Positions 1 to 10,330 of a DNA stretch of 64,000 bases are shown one piece after another. The translations under genes were made by a program, and so were the position numbers. The DNA lies in the NCBI GenBank assembly GCA_964291315.2, contig OZ219750.1, positions 288,001 through 352,000 on the forward strand, written 5' to 3'. Positions within the stretch are counted from its first letter, which is position 1, and each line of letters starts with the position of its first letter. The notes beneath the pieces are model-generated. The model saw only the letters and a program-made list of their open reading frames with translations. It was not told the DNA's origin and did not search any database. The stretch is from Candidatus Poribacteria bacterium (GTDB lineage: Bacteria; Poribacteria; WGA-4E; WGA-3G).

Positions 1-167
1 CAACCTTATTTGTTGTTTTAGTTATCTTTCTTGTTACTACTTCAGGAGAAGAGATTAACACGTTCGCCTTGGCCCTTATCGTCGGTGTATTGATCGGGAC
101 CTACTCCTCAATCTTCATTGCGAGTCCTATTGTGTATCTCTGGAATCGCCGACAGCAGCCAGCTTAA
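1..167 (+). CDS. secF: Protein translocase SecF (or SecDF), C-terminal fragment at window edge
   Basis: Frame 3 reads ...FALALIVGVLIGTYSSIFIASPIVYLW...; GTYSSIFIASP is the SecF last-TM signature; stop TAA 165-167. Confidence 0.85.
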   Translation, partial: TLFVVLVIFLVTTSGEEINTFALALIVGVLIGTYSSIFIASPIVYLWNRRQQPA

Positions 168-485
168 TAATTGCTAGTTTTCAGTTATTGGTTATCAGTT
201 AAAGAATGCTTTTTAGCGAGGATAAGACTATCGTTGCGTTTGATATTGCTCCCCTTACGCCCTTAAAGTTTTAGAGTATGATGAGACTGATCAGTAAATA
301 GTCATTTAGCCCGTAAACACGGTGTTATGGTCGTTTCCCTTAACATTAAAGGGGCTATGTTCAAACTTGTGGGACATTGTGTATTATCAAGGATTCCACG
401 TTTTTGAAAAGATTAGACAGGTACTACAATAAATTCTTGATATCGCAGTGACTAACAGATAAGTGCAACTTTGAAGACAACAAGG

Positions 486-1952
486 ATGGATTTTCCAATG
501 TCTGTTCCCCCTGAGAATCCTGTACGCATCATCGGTGAATCCGAATCGATGCAAGTGGTTTTGCGCCAAATTGAGCAGGTGGCACCGACGAAAGCGACTG
601 TTCTCATCACAGGCGAAACGGGAGTTGGTAAAGATGTCGTCGCGCGGGCTATACACGAAAGTAGTTCTCGTAAGAATCAGCCTTTTAAGGCCATCAACTG
701 TGGTGCCTTTTACGAGGACCTTCTTCAAAGTGAGCTCTTTGGGCATGAAAGAGGTGCTTTTACTGGTGCTACAAGCCAAAGGCGCGGTGTATTTGAGCAG
801 GCAGACGGTGGCACCCTCTTTCTTGATGAGGTCGGCGAAATGTCTCTCGCAGTACAGGTAAAATTTCTCCGAGTCTTGGAGACCCAGGAATTTACTCGCC
901 TTGGTGGCGAAAGGAACATTAAAGTTGATGTCCGAATTATCGCTGCCACGAACATCAACCTTGCTAAATCGGTTAAAGAGAGAAAGTTCAGGCAGGATCT
1001 CTATTACCGGCTCAATCTCTTTCGTATCCATATCCCTCCCCTACGCGAGCGGTACCAAGATATCTTACTCTTCGTCGATGCGTTCATTTCCGAATTAAGT
1101 GCAGCACATGGGAAGACAGTCACCGGTATAACGCCGGAGGCATGCTATTATCTTCAAAATGCAGCATGGCGTGGTAACGTCCGGCAGCTTAAGAACGCTG
1201 TTGAATCTGCTATCATTGTTGCTACAACTGATGAACTCCAACTCAAAGATTTTCCAATAGAGACGGAATATGAGCAGCTCGCCCCGCTGCCGGTTCAAGT
1301 TTCAGGTGCACAACTTGCCCACACACAGGTGGTTGGGCCGGACATCTCTGATGAGACTCAACTTGATCAACCGGGGACCTCCTTACAGGTCGTAGATACC
1401 GCTTCTAACGCGATCGCAACGGGAAATATAGCTGTTTACAAGACAATTCTGGGCCTTATCTTCTCCGCTATCCGATCGCTTGATTTATCTTCTACCACAA
1501 GTGATAATATGTTGCCCTTAATTCCTGATGAGGATACTAGTTGGATGCAGGTTAGCGAAACTGATGACGCAGCCGACATACTCAGGAAAACATTAGCGGT
1601 GCTTTCGACTATTGCTAAGGTGCTTGAAATTCATAGTCAGGAGGGGAGCCTGGCCCCGCTTGCAAGCCAATCTTCAAAAGTACCGATCGTTACAACCGTG
1701 AAGCCGCAAGGCGGGTCAAAAGAGGTGGAAAAACCTGTGGCTGTGTTTGATGAAGACATTATTGGCAAAGTTGGCATGACAATGGCAGAAATCGAACGTG
1801 CGGCTATCCAAAAGACCCTCGCCGAAACAGATGGAAATAAAACGGAAGCGGCAAAAATTCTTGACATTGGGGTCCGTACCCTACACCGAAAATTGGACAC
1901 TTACAGACAGGAAGCCGCGGAAAATTCAGGTGGTAACTTTGATGAGAAATAG
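486..1952 (+). CDS. Sigma54-dependent enhancer-binding activator (AAA+ plus Fis HTH), no N-terminal receiver domain
   Basis: GETGVGKD Walker A, ELFGHERGAFTGA, LFLDEVGE Walker B, FRQDLYYRL, GNVRQL, C-terminal GNKTEAAKILDIGVRTLHRKL HTH; start uncertain (471/486/498). Confidence 0.93.
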   Translation: MDFPMSVPPENPVRIIGESESMQVVLRQIEQVAPTKATVLITGETGVGKDVVARAIHESSSRKNQPFKAINCGAFYEDLLQSELFGHERGAFTGATSQRRGVFEQADGGTLFLDEVGEMSLAVQVKFLRVLETQEFTRLGGERNIKVDVRIIAATNINLAKSVKERKFRQDLYYRLNLFRIHIPPLRERYQDILLFVDAFISELSAAHGKTVTGITPEACYYLQNAAWRGNVRQLKNAVESAIIVATTDELQLKDFPIETEYEQLAPLPVQVSGAQLAHTQVVGPDISDETQLDQPGTSLQVVDTASNAIATGNIAVYKTILGLIFSAIRSLDLSSTTSDNMLPLIPDEDTSWMQVSETDDAADILRKTLAVLSTIAKVLEIHSQEGSLAPLASQSSKVPIVTTVKPQGGSKEVEKPVAVFDEDIIGKVGMTMAEIERAAIQKTLAETDGNKTEAAKILDIGVRTLHRKLDTYRQEAAENSGGNFDEK

Positions 1953-1955
1953 CGT

Positions 1956-4622
1956 TTATTGGTCTGATACCGCGCTATAATAAATCGCGTTGAAGAGCAG
2001 CTTAAAAGTTCCATGAGATTGTCCACGTTGCTGTGGTTTAAAACCAAAGAGTACCACGCGCCCCGCTCCAAGCTGCGTTTCTAACAGTGCGGTTTTCTGC
2101 CGAATCCGTTTCTCTCCTTCGAGCCATCCACTCATCAACGGGTTGAATTCTGGATACGTCGCTACGGCTTTCACATCCCCGCGCACACCGTCAAAGACAG
2201 GTCCTGATTTAAAGAAAATCGCCATGTCTCGATCCAGTCCATACCCTATCGGATGCTTGGTATCTATGCGGACGCGTAAGAGGGAGCCGGGACAAAAGAA
2301 AGTATTTGCTTTGGACTGATTTGCTTTTTCGACCACATTGACGATGCCCTTTTCACCAAGTCCAAAGTATTCCAAAGGGAGTTCTGCTGCTTGATTCAAG
2401 CAGATAAGTGTACCACCATCCTCTACGAAGGCGCGTAGATTCGCTAGTCCCTGTGTGCCTATACCACCGACGTATTCCGCTGGTAACTTTCCCGGTGCGT
2501 GTCCGTTGAGTATACCGGAAGTGCTCATATCTGGCAAGATGATTGCATCGTAGCGATCTTCCAAATTTCCTGCCTGAATTTCTGCGTTTGTGAGGCTGTT
2601 ATAGGTGAACGCGTGTGTATCTAAAACCCACCGTGTCCATCCTTCGTCTATGCTTGCTGTCCACGGTTTGTAAAGTCCTAGACGCGGCATATTCAGTTTT
2701 GAAAGTCTGCCTAATATTTTTTTATCTATAAAAGCTTCAGCGTAGATGTGGGTACCGAATTCCGCCGCGAGTGTTTCCATTTCCTCGGTCGCCTGTGACT
2801 GCGGGGTTGCGGTTCTAATCAGAATTGCCCCTCGGGGCAATATTTTGTCCCTGATCTTTATCTCCCGATTTGTGCTATATAATGTATATTTTGGGTTATT
2901 ATCCGCTAACTTCTCGTGAAACAGATGATTGAGAACTGTCGCTTCAACGTTCGTTCGATTTTCAAGCAGGTAACCCCATGGTTCAGACGCATGCACCAGC
3001 CTCCCTTTTATCTTGGGTAACACGGGTACCTGACTTAGGTCTGCTTCAAAGGGATGTACAACTGGTATCGTTCTGACTCCCATCTGTAGCGGCAGTGTCC
3101 ATCCCGCGATGTCGTAAGGACGTTCGGGCGGTGATTCCGGCGACGGGCGGCGTTCTGGGTAACGTTGAGCTTCAAGCAGGTCCTTCGCGTGTGCTCGAAA
3201 CGGTTGGGACATTAAAACAACATAAGTTTCCGCGGGATACTCTACGCCGTCTGCAGTGAACGGTGAGTTTGCCTGATGAATTTCTACACCGCCATGTTTC
3301 AAAATGTCTAACATCTTAAGAGTTGTGTGAATGTCGCGTTGTTGTGTCGGAATGAGAAATGCCCGGGGCGGTCCATTTTTTCCTTCTGCTATTGCTTTGA
3401 GTCCCATCTTGTAGAAGTTAGTTTTCAGCATGACCCGATGCTCTGCCACGAAATCGAGAATTGAGAGTGCAGCAGCTTTTTCATATTCTACGATATTTCG
3501 TAATCTCCACCAGCCCCCGGGCCACGGTTCCGGAAAATTCGTACGAAGCGTGTATTCATCTAGCCCGCGCTGATAACCCTTTAAGGTATGATACGGTTGG
3601 AAAATTGGGGTTGCTATCTCTACGCGTGCTGCTTCTGTCAAAATACCTACCATATTGTGCCGGTACGGGACTGTCCGGAATCCACCGTGCCACCATGTAT
3701 CGTAGACTGCATTCGAAAGTACTCCTGTGAATCCTTTACTCGTCAAGTCGAAAGCGAGCTGTGCGCCGATTAATGAAAGCGTTCGTTGTAGCAGAGGGGG
3801 TATATTCGGGTTAACTGGTTCAAAATATGGTGGGATTACAAACCGGGGTCCCCGATAACTCATCTCATGTATGTCATAAACGACTTCGGGAAACCACTTC
3901 TCGTAAAGCACGCGTGTGAGAATCTGTGTCTCTGTCTGTGTTAGCATAAACCAATCCCGATTGTTATCGTGTCCTGTATATTTATGATACAACCAGGGGA
4001 TTTCTGAACCTTCATACGGAGTACCAACGGTGAGGTTATACCAGTCGGTTACGATATTCAAACCGTCAGGATTCGCGGAGGGAATCAATAGGATTATCAC
4101 ATTCTCAAGAATTTTTCGGATTTGTGGTGTTGCAGCTCTTGCGAATTCGTGCGCAAATTCCATTGACATTTGAGAGGAGGCGATTTCTGTGGAATGTAGA
4201 TTACAGTTAATCAGGACCACCGCTTTACCCTCTTGTGCAAGGGCATCTAATTCCTCTTTTCCCTTTTCCGTTGTGGGTGTACTGGGTGTCGCGAGTTGTC
4301 TTTGAATTGTTTGATAGTGCGCCAGATTCTCCAGGTTTTCCGGGGCGGAAATTAGCAGCATTAGAAAATCGTTGCCTTCTGTTGTTTGTCCGAGTTCTTC
4401 TAACAGAATCCGATCTGAGTTATCAGCGACATGCCGCATGTACTCGGAAACTGCCTGCCATCCTGCCACTTTGTAGTCTGTACCGACCTGAAATCCGAGG
4501 GACTCTTCTGGCGACACCAGCTGTGCAAGGGATTTCCCGTGTATGAACGCTGGGCAGATGAGTGATATGATGAATATAAACCAGCATGTTATATTTTCAA
4601 CTTTCGGCAGATATTTTTTCAT
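1956..4622 (-). CDS. Secreted M14-family zinc carboxypeptidase-like protein with C-terminal GATase-like region
   Basis: Signal peptide; LHSTE (HxxE), NPDG, DNNRDW, DIHEM motifs typical of M14-like peptidases. Confidence 0.85.
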   Translation of the reverse strand: MKKYLPKVENITCWFIFIISLICPAFIHGKSLAQLVSPEESLGFQVGTDYKVAGWQAVSEYMRHVADNSDRILLEELGQTTEGNDFLMLLISAPENLENLAHYQTIQRQLATPSTPTTEKGKEELDALAQEGKAVVLINCNLHSTEIASSQMSMEFAHEFARAATPQIRKILENVIILLIPSANPDGLNIVTDWYNLTVGTPYEGSEIPWLYHKYTGHDNNRDWFMLTQTETQILTRVLYEKWFPEVVYDIHEMSYRGPRFVIPPYFEPVNPNIPPLLQRTLSLIGAQLAFDLTSKGFTGVLSNAVYDTWWHGGFRTVPYRHNMVGILTEAARVEIATPIFQPYHTLKGYQRGLDEYTLRTNFPEPWPGGWWRLRNIVEYEKAAALSILDFVAEHRVMLKTNFYKMGLKAIAEGKNGPPRAFLIPTQQRDIHTTLKMLDILKHGGVEIHQANSPFTADGVEYPAETYVVLMSQPFRAHAKDLLEAQRYPERRPSPESPPERPYDIAGWTLPLQMGVRTIPVVHPFEADLSQVPVLPKIKGRLVHASEPWGYLLENRTNVEATVLNHLFHEKLADNNPKYTLYSTNREIKIRDKILPRGAILIRTATPQSQATEEMETLAAEFGTHIYAEAFIDKKILGRLSKLNMPRLGLYKPWTASIDEGWTRWVLDTHAFTYNSLTNAEIQAGNLEDRYDAIILPDMSTSGILNGHAPGKLPAEYVGGIGTQGLANLRAFVEDGGTLICLNQAAELPLEYFGLGEKGIVNVVEKANQSKANTFFCPGSLLRVRIDTKHPIGYGLDRDMAIFFKSGPVFDGVRGDVKAVATYPEFNPLMSGWLEGEKRIRQKTALLETQLGAGRVVLFGFKPQQRGQSHGTFKLLFNAIYYSAVSDQ

Positions 4623-4982
4623 AATAGATTTACTCGATGTGGAAATGGGCTCCTAGAGTGTCTCCTTTTTAAGGATTTTCATCAGAGAGATGTGGGTCAG
4701 TATAACCGAAAATGAGCAGCATGTCAACACGATTTATTAATCAGGAATGTGTCGAAATTTTGAGACTAAATCCTCATTCTGACGATCCCCTGCCAAAATA
4801 TTTATACGTTCTTCAAAAATCCACGCTTGACTTTTCCAAGCTTTTATAGTATCGTCTTATAGAGATGTTTTCTTATATAGTGTTGTAGTCTGCACCTGAC
4901 AGCTTGATGTTGCAACACACTAATTTCTATGTTAAGACGGTTACTTTTATAAAATATTTTTCCAGGAGGAAAACGGTACGTA

Positions 4983-6179
4983 ATGAAGACGGTTGTAATT
5001 ATCGCACTGGCCGTGCTATTGTTTGTGAGTCTTGGCTGCGAAACGAAACAGAGGGGGCCGAGCAATTTATCTGTGGGCCGGAGTAAATTGATTGATAGCG
5101 GGAACGCCTTGGAAGCCGTTGAGCTTCTTGAAAAAGCGGAGCAAGAAGAGGTGAATAAGCTTGAATCGCGCGCGTTACTCATTATTGCCTATTCTCATGG
5201 GCTTACCACTGGAGCTGCTAGTGGCCACGGCGTTGAAGCCAAGTTCAAAAATCAACGGATTCAGCGGATACAAGAACTTACTGAGGCTGAGGTGAAGCAG
5301 ATCCTGCAGATTCTCAGTACACCGTCGCGGGTGCAAAAGGCAGGTTTGCAGATCTTAATAGATAAGGGACCCGAAGCATCGTCTGTAATTCTCGAGAGTC
5401 TTGCCAAGGGGAGGTACCCGGCACTTCACGAAAATTTTACAGAGATACTTGTCCAGATAGGTTCTGACGGTATGGACGGGATTTTAGCGCAGCTTACCGA
5501 TGAAATCACCGCGCCTACTGTCAAGGCTAAGCTTGTGCAGGTGCTCTCTAAGATCGGTGACACGAAAGCCATAGATGCCTTAAAGACACTACAAAGTGGA
5601 ACAAGCGACCTCGCCCTGGCAATGGAAATTAACGTGACGCTCTATCAGCTCGGCGAGGTTTCATACAGAAACGACATCATCGCTGGCTTAAGCCATAATG
5701 ATGTTGCGGTCCGACGTGCTGCTACGAAAGCCTTGGTGAATATTGAAGATGTATCGCCGAAAACACTCGTTGCTGCACTCAAGGACGATGACTCTGATGT
5801 CGTCACATCTGTTGTAAAAGCACTCGCGGTTCATCAGGATGCTGCTGCTGTTGATGCGCTTCTGGATATCCTCACTAGTGAATTAAGCAGGGATCCAAAG
5901 CAAGCAGCGATTAATACCCTTGATATTTATGGGCAGAACAAACTCACTGGTGGGTTGGCGGAACGGATCACGATGCAGCTTGTTGGTGGAACTGTTAGTG
6001 ATCCGGACAATCGCTTCTATCTTGTGCAGCTTCTCAAGAGAGAACCGTTTCTAAAACAGATTCGGGCATTGGAATCAATTGAGGGTCTCACCTCCAAGCT
6101 CTATCAATACTACCAGAGTGAGGAGACTGAAACGCTCGTTAAGACGGCGCTAAAACAGCTCCTTGATGCACTTGAATAA
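4983..6179 (+). CDS. HEAT-repeat lipoprotein (paralog A)
   Basis: RBS AGGAGG; lipobox VSLG-C; HEAT-like units such as VAVRRAATKAL and DVVTSVVKAL. Confidence 0.8.
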   Translation: MKTVVIIALAVLLFVSLGCETKQRGPSNLSVGRSKLIDSGNALEAVELLEKAEQEEVNKLESRALLIIAYSHGLTTGAASGHGVEAKFKNQRIQRIQELTEAEVKQILQILSTPSRVQKAGLQILIDKGPEASSVILESLAKGRYPALHENFTEILVQIGSDGMDGILAQLTDEITAPTVKAKLVQVLSKIGDTKAIDALKTLQSGTSDLALAMEINVTLYQLGEVSYRNDIIAGLSHNDVAVRRAATKALVNIEDVSPKTLVAALKDDDSDVVTSVVKALAVHQDAAAVDALLDILTSELSRDPKQAAINTLDIYGQNKLTGGLAERITMQLVGGTVSDPDNRFYLVQLLKREPFLKQIRALESIEGLTSKLYQYYQSEETETLVKTALKQLLDALE

Positions 6180-6277
6180 TTGCCAGCTATAGGGCTGTCC
6201 CTTTCACAATTTTGCTGCGGATACTGTTCGGATTGTATCTTTTGCAAGTTATTCGTGTTAATTTTCTCTTAAATTTG

Positions 6278-6306
6278 TTGACAGGAAAATGTATCTATTG
6301 TAAAAT
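6278..6306 (+). promoter_or_regulatory. Sigma70-type promoter upstream of HEAT lipoprotein B
   Basis: TTGACA-N17-TAAAAT. Confidence 0.65.
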
Positions 6307-6585
6307 GCTCTTTGCATCATAATTTGTCCGAATCGGTAGCCTCTGGCGGGTAGATGTGAAAAAGGTTATAGACGAAAGGCGTTAATCGTCTTCGCATGCA
6401 AACTTCGCCCTGCTTTGAAGTTCACAAGCCACAATTAGAAGAGGTAAGTTGATCGTTTCTTAATTCAGGAACAATGCGCTATTGGACTGGGCGCTACGCT
6501 CATCATCTACATAAAGTATGTATGCTATAAGAGGCACAAACCGGCAAGTCTAATCGAGATTCCAGGAGGAAAAGATAAACGCAAC

Positions 6586-7773
6586 ATGAAAAAAAAAATG
6601 ATGATATTACTGCTTATAGGGGTTGTAAGCTTCGGATGCAGGCAGGAACAGGTCATCACCCAACTTGAAGTCGGAAGGGGTAAGTTGTTTGCAGGACTCT
6701 CGCTTGAGGCGGTCCAACACCTTGAGCGTGCTGAACAGGAGGAAGAAAATAAGGTTGAACCTCGCGTACTTCTGATTCTTGCTTATAGTAATGCTATTTC
6801 AACCGGTGCTGCTAAAAGCCATAATGTAGAGTCCGTATACGAAAGTGAACGGGACCGCCGCGTTGGTCAATTGGGTGAGTATGAAATAAAGAAGATTCTG
6901 CAATTTCTCGGCGAACGCCATAGAGTCCAAAAGGATGCCATACAGGTACTGATTGATAGGGGGGTGCCGGCCGTGCCTTTCGTTTTGGAAGACCTCGTTA
7001 AAAATCGGTATCGCGTCGTTCATGGCGACTTCATTAAAATTTTGACAGGAATCGGCGGCCCCGCTATTAACGACATCCTGAAACTGGCTAACGATAGTAA
7101 CACATCTCTTGATGTGAAGATTCGGCTCGTACGTATCATAGGAGACATAGGTGACGCGTCCGCCACCACGGGATTAGAAGCACTCCAAAATTCAACCGCT
7201 GATGAAGGTCTGAAGATGGAAATTAACACCGCTCTTTATCACATTGGCGACGAAGGCTCCGAAGATAAAATTGTAGCAGGCTTGACTGATGATAATGTTG
7301 TTGTCCGACGCGCCGCCGCGAAATCTATGGTGTTCCTCAAGGAACGTCCGACAGACAAGCTGATTACTGCGCTTGATGATGTTGATGATACCGTGCGTAT
7401 GTACATGGCCGAGGCTTTGCGAAAACATCCTGATGCCGGTGCTGTTGACAACCTACTAGCAATCCTCACGAACGGGTCGAGTCTCAACACGAAGCAGGCT
7501 TCTATCGATACGTTAAACCATTACGCAGAAAATGGTTTCGCTGATGGACTAGCCCCACGTTTAATCACGATACTGACAAACCCCGAGGTCGTCAACCATG
7601 AAGATAGACTCCGTATTGTTCAACTTCTCAAGAAACCTGCTTTGCTAAAGCAGATCGCGGAGGCTGATCAGTACGATAATCTGCCTCATAAACTTGATGT
7701 TTTCTTCAGGGAGACAGAAACTAACGATATGGTCAAAGATGCCCTCAATGAACTCCTACTTCAAATTGAGTAG
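6586..7773 (+). CDS. HEAT-repeat lipoprotein (paralog B)
   Basis: Lipobox VSFG-C; colinear with 4983-6179 (LERAEQEEENKVEPRVLLILAYS vs LEKAEQEEVNKLESRALLIIAYS). Confidence 0.8.
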   Translation: MKKKMMILLLIGVVSFGCRQEQVITQLEVGRGKLFAGLSLEAVQHLERAEQEEENKVEPRVLLILAYSNAISTGAAKSHNVESVYESERDRRVGQLGEYEIKKILQFLGERHRVQKDAIQVLIDRGVPAVPFVLEDLVKNRYRVVHGDFIKILTGIGGPAINDILKLANDSNTSLDVKIRLVRIIGDIGDASATTGLEALQNSTADEGLKMEINTALYHIGDEGSEDKIVAGLTDDNVVVRRAAAKSMVFLKERPTDKLITALDDVDDTVRMYMAEALRKHPDAGAVDNLLAILTNGSSLNTKQASIDTLNHYAENGFADGLAPRLITILTNPEVVNHEDRLRIVQLLKKPALLKQIAEADQYDNLPHKLDVFFRETETNDMVKDALNELLLQIE

Positions 7774-7805
7774 GCAAACCGAAACGCATTAGAAAGGAAA
7801 AAAGG

Positions 7806-8648
7806 ATGAGAATTCTACAGAGGGTCCTCTGTTTATCACTTATGAGTATCGCTGTCCTCTTTTTCAGTGCCGATACGCACTCACACTCGGACTCGCACCC
7901 CTCCGCTACAAAAGCGGACATTCCACAGTGGAAAAAGCATCTTAAAGCGTTTGAGGTGCTCATTGAGACAGAATCTGATTTCGCTGCCACCGAACTCACA
8001 AAGGTCGCTGAAACCTTGTTTGAAAAACACAGGCATGTAGACGAATGGAAAGCCCTCTATTACCGTCTCAGCCGGGATAAGAAAGGCAGCATAGCCGATC
8101 ATAAACGCGTCTGTGAATTAGTCCTCGAAATGCTCACCGACATTGACACTCAAAAGCATCAGGCGGAAATACAACGTTTTGAAAAAAGAGTCAAATATTA
8201 CGATCACCTTGCAAAACAACTCGAAAGTAAAGGGGAATCTCCTACTAACGTAACCGCTGAACTGACAAGGTTCCAACTGCGTGATGTCTGGATGGATGAT
8301 ATTGAAGCCCTCGATAAGCACATCAAAGTCTTTCATGAACTCCTACCGAAAGACAAAAAAGCCGCGCGCGCCGAACTCGATGCATACGCAACCGTTCAGT
8401 TTGGTGAGCATCCTCTCGTGGAGGAATGGACGGACATACTTTTTCAGATGAGTGTAGAGGGGAGTGGGAAACTTCCGACCTATATTCGGATGTGTCAACT
8501 GCAACTTCAAATGTATAAAGAGGTGAACGCTGAGAAGTATGCCGACCAAATTGCTGCGTATGAATCCGCTCTCAAACGACTCGAAGCAACAGGCACTAAT
8601 AATGGTGAGGATCTTGACATAGAATTTCGACTCTCGAGCCGCTATTAG
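7806..8648 (+). CDS. Exported hypothetical protein with two copies of a helical repeat domain
   Basis: Signal peptide, His-rich linker, internal duplication; paralog of 58009-58860. Confidence 0.75.
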   Translation: MRILQRVLCLSLMSIAVLFFSADTHSHSDSHPSATKADIPQWKKHLKAFEVLIETESDFAATELTKVAETLFEKHRHVDEWKALYYRLSRDKKGSIADHKRVCELVLEMLTDIDTQKHQAEIQRFEKRVKYYDHLAKQLESKGESPTNVTAELTRFQLRDVWMDDIEALDKHIKVFHELLPKDKKAARAELDAYATVQFGEHPLVEEWTDILFQMSVEGSGKLPTYIRMCQLQLQMYKEVNAEKYADQIAAYESALKRLEATGTNNGEDLDIEFRLSSRY

Positions 8649-8670
8649 CTGTATAGAACTCATCTAACTT

Positions 8671-8932
8671 GCTTGTGCAACCGCAGGTGAAGGTTTTAAT
8701 ATCCTTGTTGATGCATATACTTATCATGAAGTCATCACTTTTCTGAACCAAGCCAGCAACTGTGAGATGTTTTGGATTAAGGAGATGTTTGACGAGGGTG
8801 TTGAATTGTATTGTAACCTAAGGGCTTTCATCCAAGAGAGGGCTTGAAAACACTCATTGCCGGCAGTGAAACTCGCACACGCGAACTGTTCGAATTTTAC
8901 GATCCATTCTTTGAAGAGGAATCTGCCAGCTA
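8671..8932 (+). pseudogene. Decayed fragment of a mandelate racemase/enolase-superfamily gene
   Basis: Reads GEGFNILVDAY...EMFWIKEMFDE...FIQER, then after a frameshift GLKTLIAGSET, resembling the ILVDAN / WIEE / IADGE metal-ligand segments; no start codon. Confidence 0.55.
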
Positions 8933-9202
8933 AAGCTAGCAGAGGATGTCAAGTGGTATAATTATGAACATAATTTGTTATTCATAGAGTTTTCGTGCTA
9001 CAAACCATTAGTTTGGAAGCTACGACACCTGTACTTAACAGATTCGGAGGCACAAGAGCAGAACTTTTGGAGCTGTTTCACTGACCCGCGTCCCGACCGA
9101 GAATATAATGGAAGAAATAGATTCTGTCTGTTTCTATACTAAATCTGGGTATCCGAGAGAGCTTATCTAAATGTTGCAACCTGCTTTAGATTGTGCTACA
9201 AA

Positions 9203-10330
9203 ATGATCAACAAAGAGTCCGGCGATTTTAGCCGTGGGAATGTCAAAAAGATACTCGTCGCAATGAGCGGAGGCGTGGATAGCTCCGTCACTGCTGCTAT
9301 GATGGTTGACGCTGGTTATGCTGTCACGGGCATCACCATGCGGTTGGGTGCTCCGGACACCCTAGAGGTAGAGTCAGAGCGCCCCAATTGTTGCTCGCTT
9401 GAGGGTATTGAGGATGCTCGCCGCGTCGCTACCCAACTCGGCATTCCGTTCTATGGTGTGAACTACGAGGACATTTTCCGAGAACAAATTATCGACTACT
9501 TCGTAAATGAGTACCTTGTCGGTAAGACTCCCAGTCCTTGTATGGTATGCAACCGAGAGTTGAAGTTTGGTAAGCTCCTTGACCTGGCTAAGACCTTAGA
9601 GTGCGATGCGATCGCTACCGGACACTATGCGCGTATCGAGCGGCATCCAGAGACAGGTCGTTATCTCTTACGCAAAGCACGCGATGCTAGTAAAGATCAG
9701 TCTTACTTCCTGGCTGCGCTTACACAAGATCAATTACAGTGTGCAGTGATGCCCCTTGGTGAATATACAAAAGCCGAGGTACGCGAGCTCGCTCGTAAGT
9801 ATCAGTTGCGAACCGCTGAAAAAATTGACAGTCAAGAGCTCTGCTTTGTTGCCGACAGCAATTATAGACGTTTCCTCCAAGACAGGGTTCCCGAGAAAAT
9901 GCAGCAGGGCGATATTGTGGACAGAGATGGGAATGTTCTCGGTAAACATGAGGGGGTGCCGTTTTATACTGTTGGACAGCGGCGGGGTTTAGGTATTGCA
10001 GTCGGTAAGCCGCTCTATGTGACGCAGCTCAACGCGAGGGAGAATACCGTGGTTGTCGGCGGGTCGGAGGCCCTCTTTGATGACACGATGTACGTCGAAC
10101 ATATGAACCTTATCGCTATTGAGAAGTTGAAAGAGCCAATCCGCGCGCAGGTCAAAATTCGGTCTCGTGATGAGGGTGGTTGGGCGCTCATTTCGCCTGT
10201 TAGCGACACAGAAGCGGTTGTTTGTTTTGACGAGCCGCGTAGAGCGATCGCCCCCGGGCAAGCGACTGTCTTTTACGATGGGGAATACGTTCTCGGAGGC
10301 GGTTGGATTGTAGATTCTCGCGACAAATGA
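9203..10330 (+). CDS. mnmA: tRNA-specific 2-thiouridylase MnmA
   Basis: VAMSGGVDS PP-loop, PCMVCN, IATGHYA, KDQSYFL, DSQELCF, YTVGQRRGLG, APGQATVFY. Confidence 0.97.
   Translation: MINKESGDFSRGNVKKILVAMSGGVDSSVTAAMMVDAGYAVTGITMRLGAPDTLEVESERPNCCSLEGIEDARRVATQLGIPFYGVNYEDIFREQIIDYFVNEYLVGKTPSPCMVCNRELKFGKLLDLAKTLECDAIATGHYARIERHPETGRYLLRKARDASKDQSYFLAALTQDQLQCAVMPLGEYTKAEVRELARKYQLRTAEKIDSQELCFVADSNYRRFLQDRVPEKMQQGDIVDRDGNVLGKHEGVPFYTVGQRRGLGIAVGKPLYVTQLNARENTVVVGGSEALFDDTMYVEHMNLIAIEKLKEPIRAQVKIRSRDEGGWALISPVSDTEAVVCFDEPRRAIAPGQATVFYDGEYVLGGGWIVDSRDK
9211..9246 (+). mobile_element. 36-bp IS200/IS605 right-end-like hairpin remnant inserted in frame at the mnmA 5' end
   Basis: CAAAGAGTCCGGCGATTTTAGCCGTGGGAATGTCAA; preceded by and ending in TCAA; removal gives MIKKILVAMSGG. 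Confidence 0.5.

Noticed and set aside
8960-9170. Possible small ORF upstream of mnmA
   Set aside because: No convincing start, RBS or recognisable motif.
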